Source: Sedimentisphaerales bacterium
GTDB taxonomy: Bacteria; Planctomycetota; Phycisphaerae; Sedimentisphaerales; SM23-30
Reading direction: 5' to 3' (one strand)
Assembly: GCA_963666285.1 (NCBI GenBank)
Contig: OY762711.1
Length of the DNA stretch: 64,000 bases
This document shows, in pieces, positions 1-10,225 of the stretch (its first letter is position 1; the number at the start of each line of letters is the position of its first letter). A program made the position numbers and the translations under genes. The notes under the pieces were generated by a model. That model did not search any database. It saw only the letters and a list, made by a program, of their open reading frames with translations, and was not told where the DNA came from.

Positions 1-1008
1 GTAGCCCGGACATGTAACCAGTAGTTTTGAGCCGGGAGCCATTTCTATTTTACCGGATTCCATTGCCGGGATAAGGAACGATTCGCCTATTTTGAACTCG
101 ACAATATCGTCCGGAATATTTGTGTTATAAACTTTTCCACTGCCTGCGACAGTCATTATGATCATAGGAGCTTCAGAACTGAAAGCGGCTGGGCTGTCCT
201 TCGCGGTGACTTCTGCGACAGTGTAGAACGGACACTGGGTAAGCAATTTTGCTTCGCCTAGCTTTGAGCAGGCGTCCATCAATGGTTTGCTAACTGGATA
301 TTCAGCATCTTCATTATAAATTTTCTTGTTTGAGAAGTTGATTGAATCCATTGATTCCTGGATATGCAGTTCACGGCTGTTTCCATCTTTATCGAGCCTG
401 TTCCAGTCAAAAACGCGGTATGTCGTGTCTGACTGTGTGCCGATTTCAGCTGTTAAGGTGCCGGTTCCAAGGGCATGGATACGTCCGGCTGGTATCTGGA
501 AGAAATCACCTGATTTGACAGGTATTTCAACTAAAGTGTCTTTGACTGTACCATCTTTGATAGCTTTTTCAAATTCATCTTTAGTAACACCGTCTCTCAG
601 GCCGTTAAAAATGGTAGCACCTTCCTCGGCATGCATTATGTACCAGCATTCTGTTTTGGATCGTGCCTGGGGGTAAATTTTGCAGGTTTCGCTGTCAGGA
701 TGTACCTGAACACTTAATTTATCCGCTGCGTCAATGAATTTGATGAGCAGGCCAAAATGCTCTTCTGACTGAATTTCGTTAAAACCCAGGTTCTTACCGT
801 GCTTGTTGAGTAGCTCTCTAAAGGTAAGCTTATCGAACATGCCGCCGGAGATAATGGTTTGCTCTTCCGGCAGGTCAACAAGTTCCCAGCATTCACCAAT
901 TGGTAGCTGGTCTTGTGGCAGTTCCTTGGCAAAGATAGTTCCAATTTTTTCACCGCCCCAAAGACGATGTTTTAAGATTGACTGAAATTTTACAGGTGGT
1001 ATTTGCAT
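1..1008 (-). CDS. manA: Mannose-6-phosphate isomerase, type I (partial, runs off the left edge)
   Basis: Missing from the ORF track; translated by hand from ATG at 1008: MQIPPVKFQSILKHRLWGG..GECWE..LLIKFIDAADKLSVQVHPD..KTECWY..IPAGRIHA..SDTTYRVFDWNR, the PMI cupin motifs. AAGGA upstream. Confidence 0.93.
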   Translation of the reverse strand, partial: MQIPPVKFQSILKHRLWGGEKIGTIFAKELPQDQLPIGECWELVDLPEEQTIISGGMFDKLTFRELLNKHGKNLGFNEIQSEEHFGLLIKFIDAADKLSVQVHPDSETCKIYPQARSKTECWYIMHAEEGATIFNGLRDGVTKDEFEKAIKDGTVKDTLVEIPVKSGDFFQIPAGRIHALGTGTLTAEIGTQSDTTYRVFDWNRLDKDGNSRELHIQESMDSINFSNKKIYNEDAEYPVSKPLMDACSKLGEAKLLTQCPFYTVAEVTAKDSPAAFSSEAPMIIMTVAGSGKVYNTNIPDDIVEFKIGESFLIPAMESGKIEMAPGSKLLVTCPGY

Positions 1009-1055
1009 TCTACTTTCCTTAGTGTAATTTATAAACCTTATACTTTTATATGTAT

Positions 1056-1094
1056 ACTCCATATTAATCAGCAATTAGCTGATTAATATGGAGT
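1056..1094. terminator. Perfect 17-bp inverted repeat between GH125 and manA (terminator or mRNA-stabilising hairpin)
   Basis: ACTCCATATTAATCAGC-aatta-GCTGATTAATATGGAGT; no clear U-tract. Confidence 0.55.
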
Positions 1095-1113
1095 TAGAAT
1101 CTTTTATACTTGC

Positions 1114-2553
1114 TTAAATATTGCTGATTTTTAATATCTCAGGATGTTCATTATAAACTTTGATAATCAGCTCGCCAAACAGGGTGTTAGCCCAGGCAAA
1201 CCAGCTTCTTGAAAAGTTATTTGGGTTATCCTTGTTAAAGGATTCGTGCATAAATCCGGTTCCGGCATGAGTATTTTTCAACATGTGCAGACATAGCTGA
1301 ATCTCTTTCGGATCGGTACTGGTCAGAGCACGAAGAATAATGCCCATTGGCCAGATAGTATTGGGCCCGGTGTGAGGGCTTCCGGCACCTTCCGCATATT
1401 TGCCTCTGAGATACCATGGGTTGTCATCGCTAAGCAAATATTTACGGGTTCTGACATAGATATCGTCAGTTGGTTTATGGATTCCAAGGTAGCCAAGCGA
1501 AAGCAGGCTAGGCACATTTGCATCATCCATGAACAGGCAGTTACCAAAGCCATCAGTTTCGTAAGCATAGATTTTACCGTAACTAAGGTGGTCTTCTACT
1601 GCATATTTATTGATTGCGGACATCACCTCATCAGCAAATTCACTGCATTTCCTGGCAAATGCCTGATCTTTATAAATATCAGAATAGAAAGCTGCCATTT
1701 GCTTCATACTTTGAACAGCAAACAGGTTTGACGGTACCAGGAATGACAAGTTAGTAGCATCGTCAGAAGGGCGGAAGGATGAACAGATCAGTCCAACCGG
1801 CTTGATCGGACGGCCCACACCGTTGTGAACCGGTGCGTCAGTCATTCTATCAGTTGAACGAGCGAAACGATATGGAGTATCGTGGTTGCCGCCTTTTCGC
1901 TGTTCCTGTCTGAATACCTTGATAATAGTACGCATGGCTTTATCAAAATCAGCGTCGAAAATAGTCTTATCGCCGGTTGATTCATAGTAATAATTAGCCA
2001 GACGAACTACATAGCAGAGAGAGTCGATTTCCCATTTGCGTTCGTGTACTCCATCAATCGGAGCCGGTCTGTCAGATGCCCACTCAGTTTCCTTGGTCTT
2101 GTCCTTATAGAAGGCATTAGCATACGGATCCAGGTTAACGCACTTGATTTGGCGATTTACCAGGCCTTTTACCAGATTCTTCAACTTGGCATCATCATTT
2201 AACAGGGGCATATACGGCCATACCTGGGCAGTTGAGTCACGCAGCCACATGGCGTCAATATCACCGGTAATAATCACAGTATCCGGTTTTCCATCAATGA
2301 CTTCATAATCAACTGTAGTATCCAGAGTATTTGGATAGCAATTTTCGAACATCCAGGCCAGCTCAGGGTCTTTCATAAAGCTTTTAACTTCTTTAATCTT
2401 CTTTTCTACGCCCTCACTGATAAAAGTACGTTTGTTTACAGGCGGACGCTGAGATTTGAATTTGTCAGAAGTCTGGGCAAGTAAGGTACTTGCAATGCCT
2501 AATGACAAGGCCAGAGCTAAGCTAATTTTAGCTGTATTTTTTCTTCTTATCAT
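1114..2553 (-). CDS. GH125 (DUF1237) exo-alpha-1,6-mannosidase, signal peptide
   Basis: Motifs NTLDTT, ITGDIDAMWLRDS, ERKWEIDSL, FRPSDD, MDDANVPSLL, RSWFAWAN. Confidence 0.93.
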   Translation of the reverse strand: MIRRKNTAKISLALALSLGIASTLLAQTSDKFKSQRPPVNKRTFISEGVEKKIKEVKSFMKDPELAWMFENCYPNTLDTTVDYEVIDGKPDTVIITGDIDAMWLRDSTAQVWPYMPLLNDDAKLKNLVKGLVNRQIKCVNLDPYANAFYKDKTKETEWASDRPAPIDGVHERKWEIDSLCYVVRLANYYYESTGDKTIFDADFDKAMRTIIKVFRQEQRKGGNHDTPYRFARSTDRMTDAPVHNGVGRPIKPVGLICSSFRPSDDATNLSFLVPSNLFAVQSMKQMAAFYSDIYKDQAFARKCSEFADEVMSAINKYAVEDHLSYGKIYAYETDGFGNCLFMDDANVPSLLSLGYLGIHKPTDDIYVRTRKYLLSDDNPWYLRGKYAEGAGSPHTGPNTIWPMGIILRALTSTDPKEIQLCLHMLKNTHAGTGFMHESFNKDNPNNFSRSWFAWANTLFGELIIKVYNEHPEILKISNI

Positions 2554-2585
2554 AGGAAAATACTCCTTTAATGTTGCATATTTTT

Positions 2586-3686
2586 TTAACTGTCTAACTG
2601 GTTTAGTGCAAAAGCATAAGCACCAACAGAAATAGCATAGCTTGTATCTAAAGCAGCTTTGCCAATACCAATTCTCTTAAGTGAATCGTATTTGACTACT
2701 TTATCAGTACCAGGTACCGTAATATCTTTTACTTCTCCTTTGATAAATTCCTTGCATGCATTTTCATTTTCCAGGTCAAAGGTTTTCAGGGGTATTCTTG
2801 GCAGCTTATCGCCGCTATAACTTTCGATGGTACCGTTCATTTCAGCCAGAATAGCATCAATGAACATTGGATAAGCATTTGCCAGGCCACCGCCAACAAC
2901 AATTACACCGTCAAGAAGGGTAATGGCATTTGCCAGAGCGTCGCCAATAACTTCGCCCATTTCAGCAAAAGCAGTCTTTGCAGCTTCAACATTACCTTCC
3001 TGCTGACCTTGAGCGATAGCAAAAATGTCCTTTGGTTCCGGGGTATCAGCAAAGTCCATACCGGTGATCCTGGCATAAGTGCCTTTTACAGCTCGGATTG
3101 CAACTCCTTCTTCAGCAAAGCATTTAGGGTGACGTTTGTTCCTGGTAATCCATATTTCACCGGCACAGGAGTTGTCGCCGATGTGCAATTTGCCGTCAGA
3201 AACAATACCGCCGCCAAAACCGGTGCCAAGAGTGATACCAAATAGCTTGTTGAACCGCTTTGGGGAACCGGCCTTTTCCAGCATTTCATTGACTTTAGGA
3301 AGGAATCCGGCCATTGCTTCGCCGTAAACGAATAAGTCGCCATCGTTATTGATGAATACCGGAATGTTGAACTTGCTTTCCAGGAATGGTCCTAATGCTA
3401 CATTATGAAATGCAGGCATATTCGGCGGGGTGCCGATAATACCGTTTGGATAGTCAGCAGGACCTGGGAAGGCAAAGCTGATAGCTACTGGTTTATCGTC
3501 AAGTTTGTCAATAACCTGGGTGAAACCGGCGATTAAAGTTTCAAGACATTTGTCCAGATCTTTAGGCTCAGTCGCCAAACGAACAGGTTCTACGATTTCT
3601 TTCATGCCCTGAATGGCAGAGAATACCAGGTTGGTACCTCCAACATCAAGGGTGAGTACTATTCTTTTATCTGATTTATAATCCAT
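2586..3686 (-). CDS. ROK-family sugar kinase
   Basis: LDVGGT, FPGP, INNDGD, TLGTGFGGG, AGE motifs. Confidence 0.9.
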   Translation of the reverse strand: MDYKSDKRIVLTLDVGGTNLVFSAIQGMKEIVEPVRLATEPKDLDKCLETLIAGFTQVIDKLDDKPVAISFAFPGPADYPNGIIGTPPNMPAFHNVALGPFLESKFNIPVFINNDGDLFVYGEAMAGFLPKVNEMLEKAGSPKRFNKLFGITLGTGFGGGIVSDGKLHIGDNSCAGEIWITRNKRHPKCFAEEGVAIRAVKGTYARITGMDFADTPEPKDIFAIAQGQQEGNVEAAKTAFAEMGEVIGDALANAITLLDGVIVVGGGLANAYPMFIDAILAEMNGTIESYSGDKLPRIPLKTFDLENENACKEFIKGEVKDITVPGTDKVVKYDSLKRIGIGKAALDTSYAISVGAYAFALNQLDS

Positions 3687-3712
3687 TTTTTATCCTTTCA
3701 AAACACAAAATT

Positions 3713-4897
3713 TTAGTTTGTTTCTTCAGCTGAAGTATTGTTGACAAGTGGATGTTTTGCTACAACAAACCCAATAATTAGGATGTATGCGATTGCTGCT
3801 AGCGGGACAAGGAAGCTTATTAAAACTGAAGCTTTGTCAGCAACAAAACCTCGCAAAGGAGGTAAGAATGCGCCACCGACAATAGCAGTTACCATCAGGC
3901 CGGAAATTTCATTTGCTCTTTTCGGCATTGCATCAACAGTAATAGAAAAAACAAGTGGGAAAATATTTGCAAAACCAAGCCCCATGAGGAAGAAAGATGC
4001 AATACCAACAGCTTTAGATGGAATAGCCAGTCCGGCTATGCCGACAATAGACAGTATTGCTGTAAGTATTAGAAAAGTTTTTGGTTTCATCCAGTTTAAG
4101 ATCATACCACCAGAAAAGCGACCTATAGTTAATGCTGCAAAAAACAAACCAGTACCAGCAACCAGGCCAAGCTTTTCCACGTCAACTTCATATTGTTCTT
4201 TTAGAAAACCAGCAGCCGCAGAACCTACGCTGCATTCGGCACCAACATATAAGAAAATACCGAATACCATCATAGCAATAAATGGGTCTGAAAGCAGTTT
4301 GATACAAGAACCGAATGAAGCCGGTGTATCGCCAGTTTCTTTGTGCTCATTGACTTTTAAAAGGCCTACTGCGATTGCTGTGATTGAAACGCAAATAGCG
4401 TATACAGGGAACAGAACAGTCCAATCTTTCGTAAAATATCTGGTTGCAATAACAGGTATAATTGCACCAGATAATGTACCAATAGCTTTAACAAACTGTC
4501 CAAAAGAAAGGTTACGTGAATATTTTCCTTCAGCTGAAACATCTCTCATGATTGGATTGCCTGATACCTGAAGAATAGTTGCACCGGCGCCGAGAACCAA
4601 AATAGAGCATATTAAGGTTGCATATTTATCCAATCCAATAATTACAGGAATAATCAGTCCAATAAATGCAGTAACTAAACCAATCATCAGAGTAAACTTT
4701 TTCCCTTTTCTATCCTGGAATAAGCCCATTGGGACAGAAAGTAATCCAAACATGATAAATCCGGCACTAGGTATTAAGCTGGCTTCAAAGCCAGTCAAGT
4801 TAAATTGTTTCTTTGCTAATTCTACCAATGGGTTTACTACATCACCGAATCCCATACATAGAAAAGTAAGAAAAATAGGTAAAGTTTTTAGTTTCAT
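3713..4897 (-). CDS. MFS sugar:H+ symporter (GluP/FucP-like)
   Basis: About 12 hydrophobic segments with LQVSGNP, GIFLYVGAE, GRFSG and AIVGGA. Start moved to MKLK at 4897 (AAGGA upstream). Confidence 0.85.
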   Translation of the reverse strand: MKLKTLPIFLTFLCMGFGDVVNPLVELAKKQFNLTGFEASLIPSAGFIMFGLLSVPMGLFQDRKGKKFTLMIGLVTAFIGLIIPVIIGLDKYATLICSILVLGAGATILQVSGNPIMRDVSAEGKYSRNLSFGQFVKAIGTLSGAIIPVIATRYFTKDWTVLFPVYAICVSITAIAVGLLKVNEHKETGDTPASFGSCIKLLSDPFIAMMVFGIFLYVGAECSVGSAAAGFLKEQYEVDVEKLGLVAGTGLFFAALTIGRFSGGMILNWMKPKTFLILTAILSIVGIAGLAIPSKAVGIASFFLMGLGFANIFPLVFSITVDAMPKRANEISGLMVTAIVGGAFLPPLRGFVADKASVLISFLVPLAAIAYILIIGFVVAKHPLVNNTSAEETN

Positions 4898-5002
4898 TTG
4901 AATTTCCTTTGACAAAAGCACAATCGTTAATAAGTTTTTGTCCGCACGAGCAGACAAAAACTTACATAACATTACTACTATTAATTTTTTAATTATATAC
5001 TA

Positions 5003-7309
5003 CTATTTTGATTCTTTAGACATAGAATATGGAGCATCTTCCGGAGCTGATCCCCAGTTTGGATTTGGTTCTGGCCCCATATTGAATGTGATTTTACCGC
5101 CATTGGTAATCTGTTCGTGAGTCAGGTATGTCTTGGTATAATTTTTGAAGAATCCAGTCTTAGCAGACTGAATGTAGATGTTTTCGGCGGAGTTTTTAGG
5201 AGCGTTGATAACAAACTTCTTGCCGTCAGCAAGGTTTATGGTCGCTTTTTTGAACAGAGGGGCACCGATAATGTACTCGTTAGATGCTGGGCATACAGGG
5301 TAGAAGCCCATAGCACTGAAAACATACCAGGCAGAAGTCTGGCCGTTGTCTTCATCGCCGCAAAGTCCGTCCGGAGTAGGCAGGTAAAGTTTTTCCATTA
5401 CAGTTCTAACCCATTTCTGAGCTTTGTACGGTGCTCCGGCGTAGTCATACAAATATATCATATGCTGAATAGGCTGATTGCCGTGAGCGTACTGGCCGAG
5501 ATCCATTACAAGCATTTCAGTGATTTCATGAATCTGACTGCCATAGTAAGAGTCATCAAAGTCTGGCGGGCTGGAGAATACTGCGTCGAGTTTGGCAATA
5601 AACACATCTGGTCCGCCCATGAGGTCTATCAAGCCTTGCGGATCCTGGAAAACTGACCAGGTATAATGCCAGGCACAACCTTCGGTGAAATCACCACCCC
5701 ATTTTTCAGGGACAAACGGAGTTGCCCAGGAGCCGTCTTTGTTGCGGCCCCGCATGAAGTTAGTAGAAGCATCGAATACATTTCGATAATTCTGGGCACG
5801 TTTAGCAAAGAGGTCGATTTCTTCCTGGGGGCGGCCAAGCTCTTTGGCGAGCTGCCAGATACAGTAATCTGCATATGCATATTCCAGTGTACGGGCAGTG
5901 TTTTCTCTGAAGCCCATATCATTACTTGGGACATAGCCGAGTTTGTTATAGGCTTCTGCACCGGCACGACCAACTGAAGTCATCGGGCCGATACTTTTTG
6001 TGTTTTTGATGATAGCTTCGTATAGAGTTTCGATGTCATAATCGCGATTGCCTTTCATGTATGAATCAGCAATAATCGAAGCTGAATTTGAACCGATCAT
6101 GCAGTTTCTGTGGCCCGGACTGGCCCATTCCGGCAGCCATCCGCTTTCACGGTAGGCATTTGCCAGGCCTTCCATCATCAGGCTGTTCAACTCTGGATAC
6201 ATCAGGGCATTTAAAGGGAATGCAGATCGGAAAGTATCCCAGAACCCGTTATCTGTGTACATTGGTCCAGGCAGTATTTGACCATTATATGGGCTGTAAT
6301 GCATCATTTTACCGTCTTTATCAAATTCGTGCAAGGTGCGCGGGAATAAAATTGAACGATATAGAGCTGTGTAGAAGTTACGGTATTGAGTCTCTGTTCC
6401 GCCTTCTACTTCAATGCGTCCAAGTTCCCTGTTCCAGGTATCTTTTGCCTTTTGACAGGTAGTATCAAAGCAGTCATCACCAATTTCTCTGGTCAGGTTA
6501 AGCTTTGCCTGTTCCGGGCTGATAAAAGACGAGGCAACTTTCATATTTACTACCTGATCTTTTGTCGTTTTGAACTTAACTACAGCACCAACGTGGTTGC
6601 TTTCTTCGGATTTGCTGCCCATGGTAACGTTCCAGTCTTTCCATGTTCCAACTTCTTCAAAGTCTGTATCAAATACAGCAATAAAGTAGTTATGGAAGTT
6701 GCCCGGCACGCCACCGCTATTATTGCGGCAATATCCGATAATAGTGCGTTCTTCCGGGATAATCTGGACCTTTGAACCTTTGTTAAATGCATCAAGCAAA
6801 ACATAGGCTGAATCTGATTTGGGGAATGTGAAGCGGAACTGGGCAGCCCTTTCTGTCGGCGTAATTTCAGTAGTTATATCATGGTCTGCCAAATAGACGC
6901 TATAGTAATATGGTTTGGCAATTTCCGCTTTGTGGGAGAACCATGACTCCCTTTCTTCTTCCCGAACTTTCAGATCACCAACGATAGGCATAAACAGGAA
7001 AGCAGCATAGTCATTGATCCATGGACTGGGCTGATGTGTTTGTTTAAAACCTTTGATTTTATAGGCATCATACTGGTATCCCCAGCCGTTGCCCATGTTG
7101 TTTGTCATTGGTGTCCAGAAGTTCATACCCCATGGCAGGGCAATAGCGGGATAGGTATTGCCGCTGGAAAGTTTGAATTCTGAATCTGTACCCACCAGCG
7201 GGTTAACATAATCTGCATAAGAGATTTTGTCAGCTGACAGGGCATTACTGCTAAGTAACGCAGAACAAATAAGAATTACTAATGAGATAAACTTTTGCTT
7301 TTTAATCAT
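5003..7309 (-). CDS. GH92 alpha-1,2-mannosidase, signal peptide
   Basis: YVNPLVGT, THQPSPWINDY, GFWDTFR, TLEYAYAD, YAHGNQP, GDEDNGQTSAWY. Confidence 0.94.
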   Translation of the reverse strand: MIKKQKFISLVILICSALLSSNALSADKISYADYVNPLVGTDSEFKLSSGNTYPAIALPWGMNFWTPMTNNMGNGWGYQYDAYKIKGFKQTHQPSPWINDYAAFLFMPIVGDLKVREEERESWFSHKAEIAKPYYYSVYLADHDITTEITPTERAAQFRFTFPKSDSAYVLLDAFNKGSKVQIIPEERTIIGYCRNNSGGVPGNFHNYFIAVFDTDFEEVGTWKDWNVTMGSKSEESNHVGAVVKFKTTKDQVVNMKVASSFISPEQAKLNLTREIGDDCFDTTCQKAKDTWNRELGRIEVEGGTETQYRNFYTALYRSILFPRTLHEFDKDGKMMHYSPYNGQILPGPMYTDNGFWDTFRSAFPLNALMYPELNSLMMEGLANAYRESGWLPEWASPGHRNCMIGSNSASIIADSYMKGNRDYDIETLYEAIIKNTKSIGPMTSVGRAGAEAYNKLGYVPSNDMGFRENTARTLEYAYADYCIWQLAKELGRPQEEIDLFAKRAQNYRNVFDASTNFMRGRNKDGSWATPFVPEKWGGDFTEGCAWHYTWSVFQDPQGLIDLMGGPDVFIAKLDAVFSSPPDFDDSYYGSQIHEITEMLVMDLGQYAHGNQPIQHMIYLYDYAGAPYKAQKWVRTVMEKLYLPTPDGLCGDEDNGQTSAWYVFSAMGFYPVCPASNEYIIGAPLFKKATINLADGKKFVINAPKNSAENIYIQSAKTGFFKNYTKTYLTHEQITNGGKITFNMGPEPNPNWGSAPEDAPYSMSKESK

Positions 7310-7373
7310 TATTGCTCCTTTATTGTTACGTAAATACTTATTATTTCAAATATTTTTGTATAATATAGCCGAA

Positions 7374-9917
7374 CTAACCGGAAAGTTCCAGTTGTTCTCT
7401 GAGATATTTTACAATAGTGGTTTTATCCTCGATGCTTTTGAGCTGATTTCTAAAGCTTTTATGCACAATATTTCTGGCAAGTCTGGAGAATATATTCATA
7501 TGTGCGTTGCCGGCACCCTGGTTTTCCCTGATGGTCATAGCAATAACGATATTTACAGGCTCGCTGTCGATAGATTGCCATTCTATGGGTTTTTTCAGTC
7601 GGAAAACACAGATAGAATTTTTTGAGATGTGTGATGTTTTACAGTGTGGGATAGCAAAGCCATGGCCCAGTCCGGTAGAGTAAATTTCTTCTCTTTTCCA
7701 GAAATCTTCTTCGAGTTTTATATAGTTATTGGTTCTCTGGTCCAGGAACAGGGTGTCAACAATATGCTTAATAACTTCTTCTTTATTGTTACAATCAACA
7801 TCAAGGTCGATAAGTTCGGTTTCTATGATACTTTTTTCGGTATTATATAAGCTGTATCCGGCTAGAATTTCAGATACCTGATCAATAGAACTGCATTTGA
7901 TAATATTTTTTAACATATCATAGCAGATATGGCTGTTATGCAAAGACGTAGCAGCCTTAATTCTGCTGATAAACGGTATAGATACACTCAGAGAATCAAT
8001 ACCTGCTCCAATTAGAAGAGGCAAATATTGATCGCTATTGGCCATTTCACCACAAACACAGACATATAAATTTTTATTGTGGGCTTCTGAAATAATCCTG
8101 GAAACAAGGTTCAGGAAAGCCGGGTGGTGGTCAGGATACTTGGAATAAACCTGCTGGTTTTCCCTGTCAGCGGCAAAATAATACTGTTTTAGGTCGTTAG
8201 TGCCGATGTTGATAAAGTCTATTAAATCGGCTAACTGGTCAATAATAAAAAGAACGGAGGGGACCTCAGCCATTATTCCCAGCTTGATATCTTTATCGTA
8301 ATTTATGGAATTGGAATCAAGTTCCTGTTTTACTTTGTTAAGAATTGTACAGACATACAAGACTTCATCGTAAGACGTTACCATAGGGATAACAATCTGA
8401 ATGGGGCCAAAAGCCGAAGCTCTCAATATAGCACTTAGCTGTGTATGCAATAATTCCTTATGTTTCTGATACACCCTTACACCTCTATATCCGAGGGTTG
8501 GGTTTTTTTCATCAGCAATAGGGATAAAATCAATATTTTTGTCGCCGCCGATATCAAAGGTTCTGATTGTGACCGATTTGCCATTTGCCAGAACAGTAGA
8601 TTTCTTATATTCTTCGAAGAGCTCCTGTTCGGCCGGGCAACAATCGCGTCCCATCAGCATAATTTCTGTTCGGAAAAGTCCAATTCCATCGGCTCCATTT
8701 TCGATAGCAGTTTCGACTTCCGAGGCCATGGCTATATTAGCCATGACCTTGAAAGTCTTTTTGTCTTGTGTTGTTGCGGGTTTAGAAATAAATTCTGCCA
8801 TATTACTGCTATAAAAACTACTTTTTTTCTTTTCTCGATCATAAAAACGGTTTACTTGTTCGTTGATCTCGGTTAAAAGGAAACCATAATTAGAATCAAT
8901 GATTACTTGTTGACCTTCTGGCAGATTGAAGTCAACATATTGCACGTCGGTAATAATTGGAATATTGCATGAACGAGCTAAAATAACGATATGAGAAGTA
9001 GGTCCTACCTCCTTCAGGATTAATCCTTTTAAGAATGTTTTATCTAATGAAATAAAATCAGATGGTGACATACTGTCTGCAACACATATTGATGGTTTGT
9101 CCAGACAGATTTTTGTCATTACCTGATTGCCGTATATGAAATTAAGTAATTGATTTCGTATGTCCTGCAAGTCTGAAATTCTGTCACGAATCAGTTGGCT
9201 TTGTGCCTTGCAGAGAATTTCAGAGAAATATTTAAATGCTGTTATAATAGCTTTGGCAGCATTATATTTATTCTCGATAATGAAAAATTTGATTTTATCT
9301 TTCAGCTCTGAATCATTAATAATAGATTTGTGCGCCTGTAATATTTGTCTTTCGACGGTGCTTAACGATAATGTTGCAGCTTTTGCCTTTAGCGAATCAG
9401 CAATGTGGTCGAAGGCATTTTCAATTAAGGCCAGTTCATCCTGAGAATTTAGATATTCAGAATTTATCAGGGTTTCAGGCAGTTTAATATCATCAATGTG
9501 AACTATATGACCTATGCCAAAACCTGAAGTAACTGGTTTGGCAGGGTAAACTTTTACGCCTGCATTCCTGATTACAGGAGAAATGTATGCTCCGTTATAG
9601 TTTTCAGATTCCACGATAGCATCGTCATCAATTATCGGCAGCTCTTTTTCGATGAATTGAGTCAGTTCCTTATACGCAAGGTCAGAGTCATCACCGGTAA
9701 TTTTAAGCAGACATTTATCGTCTACTTTTACATCTGCAGCGATTAGTGAAAGTATGCTTCTGGCATTAGCGGATTTTCCATTCTGCAGATTTTCAATAAT
9801 AATCTGGCTGGAATATCCAGAAGCAATCTGTTCCAGTCTGTTTGCAGGGCGGGCATGAAGACCGTTGATTGCAGGACAGGTAAACTGGTATTCAATTATA
9901 TTATTAATGTCTGCCAA
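7374..9917 (-). CDS. Multiphosphoryl transfer protein HPr-EI-EIIA(Fru), PtsA/FryA-like
   Basis: HPr GLHARPA; EI PTSH, GIGLFRTE, RTFDIGGDK, IGTNDL, CGEMA; C-terminal EIIA STGLGHGFAIPH. Confidence 0.92.
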   Translation of the reverse strand: MADINNIIEYQFTCPAINGLHARPANRLEQIASGYSSQIIIENLQNGKSANARSILSLIAADVKVDDKCLLKITGDDSDLAYKELTQFIEKELPIIDDDAIVESENYNGAYISPVIRNAGVKVYPAKPVTSGFGIGHIVHIDDIKLPETLINSEYLNSQDELALIENAFDHIADSLKAKAATLSLSTVERQILQAHKSIINDSELKDKIKFFIIENKYNAAKAIITAFKYFSEILCKAQSQLIRDRISDLQDIRNQLLNFIYGNQVMTKICLDKPSICVADSMSPSDFISLDKTFLKGLILKEVGPTSHIVILARSCNIPIITDVQYVDFNLPEGQQVIIDSNYGFLLTEINEQVNRFYDREKKKSSFYSSNMAEFISKPATTQDKKTFKVMANIAMASEVETAIENGADGIGLFRTEIMLMGRDCCPAEQELFEEYKKSTVLANGKSVTIRTFDIGGDKNIDFIPIADEKNPTLGYRGVRVYQKHKELLHTQLSAILRASAFGPIQIVIPMVTSYDEVLYVCTILNKVKQELDSNSINYDKDIKLGIMAEVPSVLFIIDQLADLIDFINIGTNDLKQYYFAADRENQQVYSKYPDHHPAFLNLVSRIISEAHNKNLYVCVCGEMANSDQYLPLLIGAGIDSLSVSIPFISRIKAATSLHNSHICYDMLKNIIKCSSIDQVSEILAGYSLYNTEKSIIETELIDLDVDCNNKEEVIKHIVDTLFLDQRTNNYIKLEEDFWKREEIYSTGLGHGFAIPHCKTSHISKNSICVFRLKKPIEWQSIDSEPVNIVIAMTIRENQGAGNAHMNIFSRLARNIVHKSFRNQLKSIEDKTTIVKYLREQLELSG

Positions 9918-9919
9918 TT

Positions 9920-10225
9920 TTACTTAACGTCCTTAGCAAAAATACTTTCAGGATCTTTCAGGGCCATCTGGATTGGAACTTCGATTTTTGGGATATCATC
10001 GAATCGTTCCATTTTTTCTACCATAATGTCAACTGCCAGGATTAAGGCATCGGCATTTCTGACATCATCAGCTGTCAGTTCGTTTTCTATACCCATTGCG
10101 CCTTGGGTTTCAACTTTAATTTCGTGACCAAGTTTTTTGGCAGTCTTTTCAAGGTTTTCAGCTGCCATGTAAGTATGTGCGATGCCGGTCGGGCATGCTG
10201 TAACTGCAATATATTTCACTTTCAA
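9920..10225 (-). CDS. PTS fructose-family EIIB
   Basis: VTACPTGIAHTYMAA, KVETQG. Confidence 0.93.
   Translation of the reverse strand: MKVKYIAVTACPTGIAHTYMAAENLEKTAKKLGHEIKVETQGAMGIENELTADDVRNADALILAVDIMVEKMERFDDIPKIEVPIQMALKDPESIFAKDVK

Noticed and set aside
3738..4571. 277-aa plus-strand ORF and other antisense or nested ORFs in the track
   Set aside because: Shadow frames of well-supported genes with no motifs of their own.
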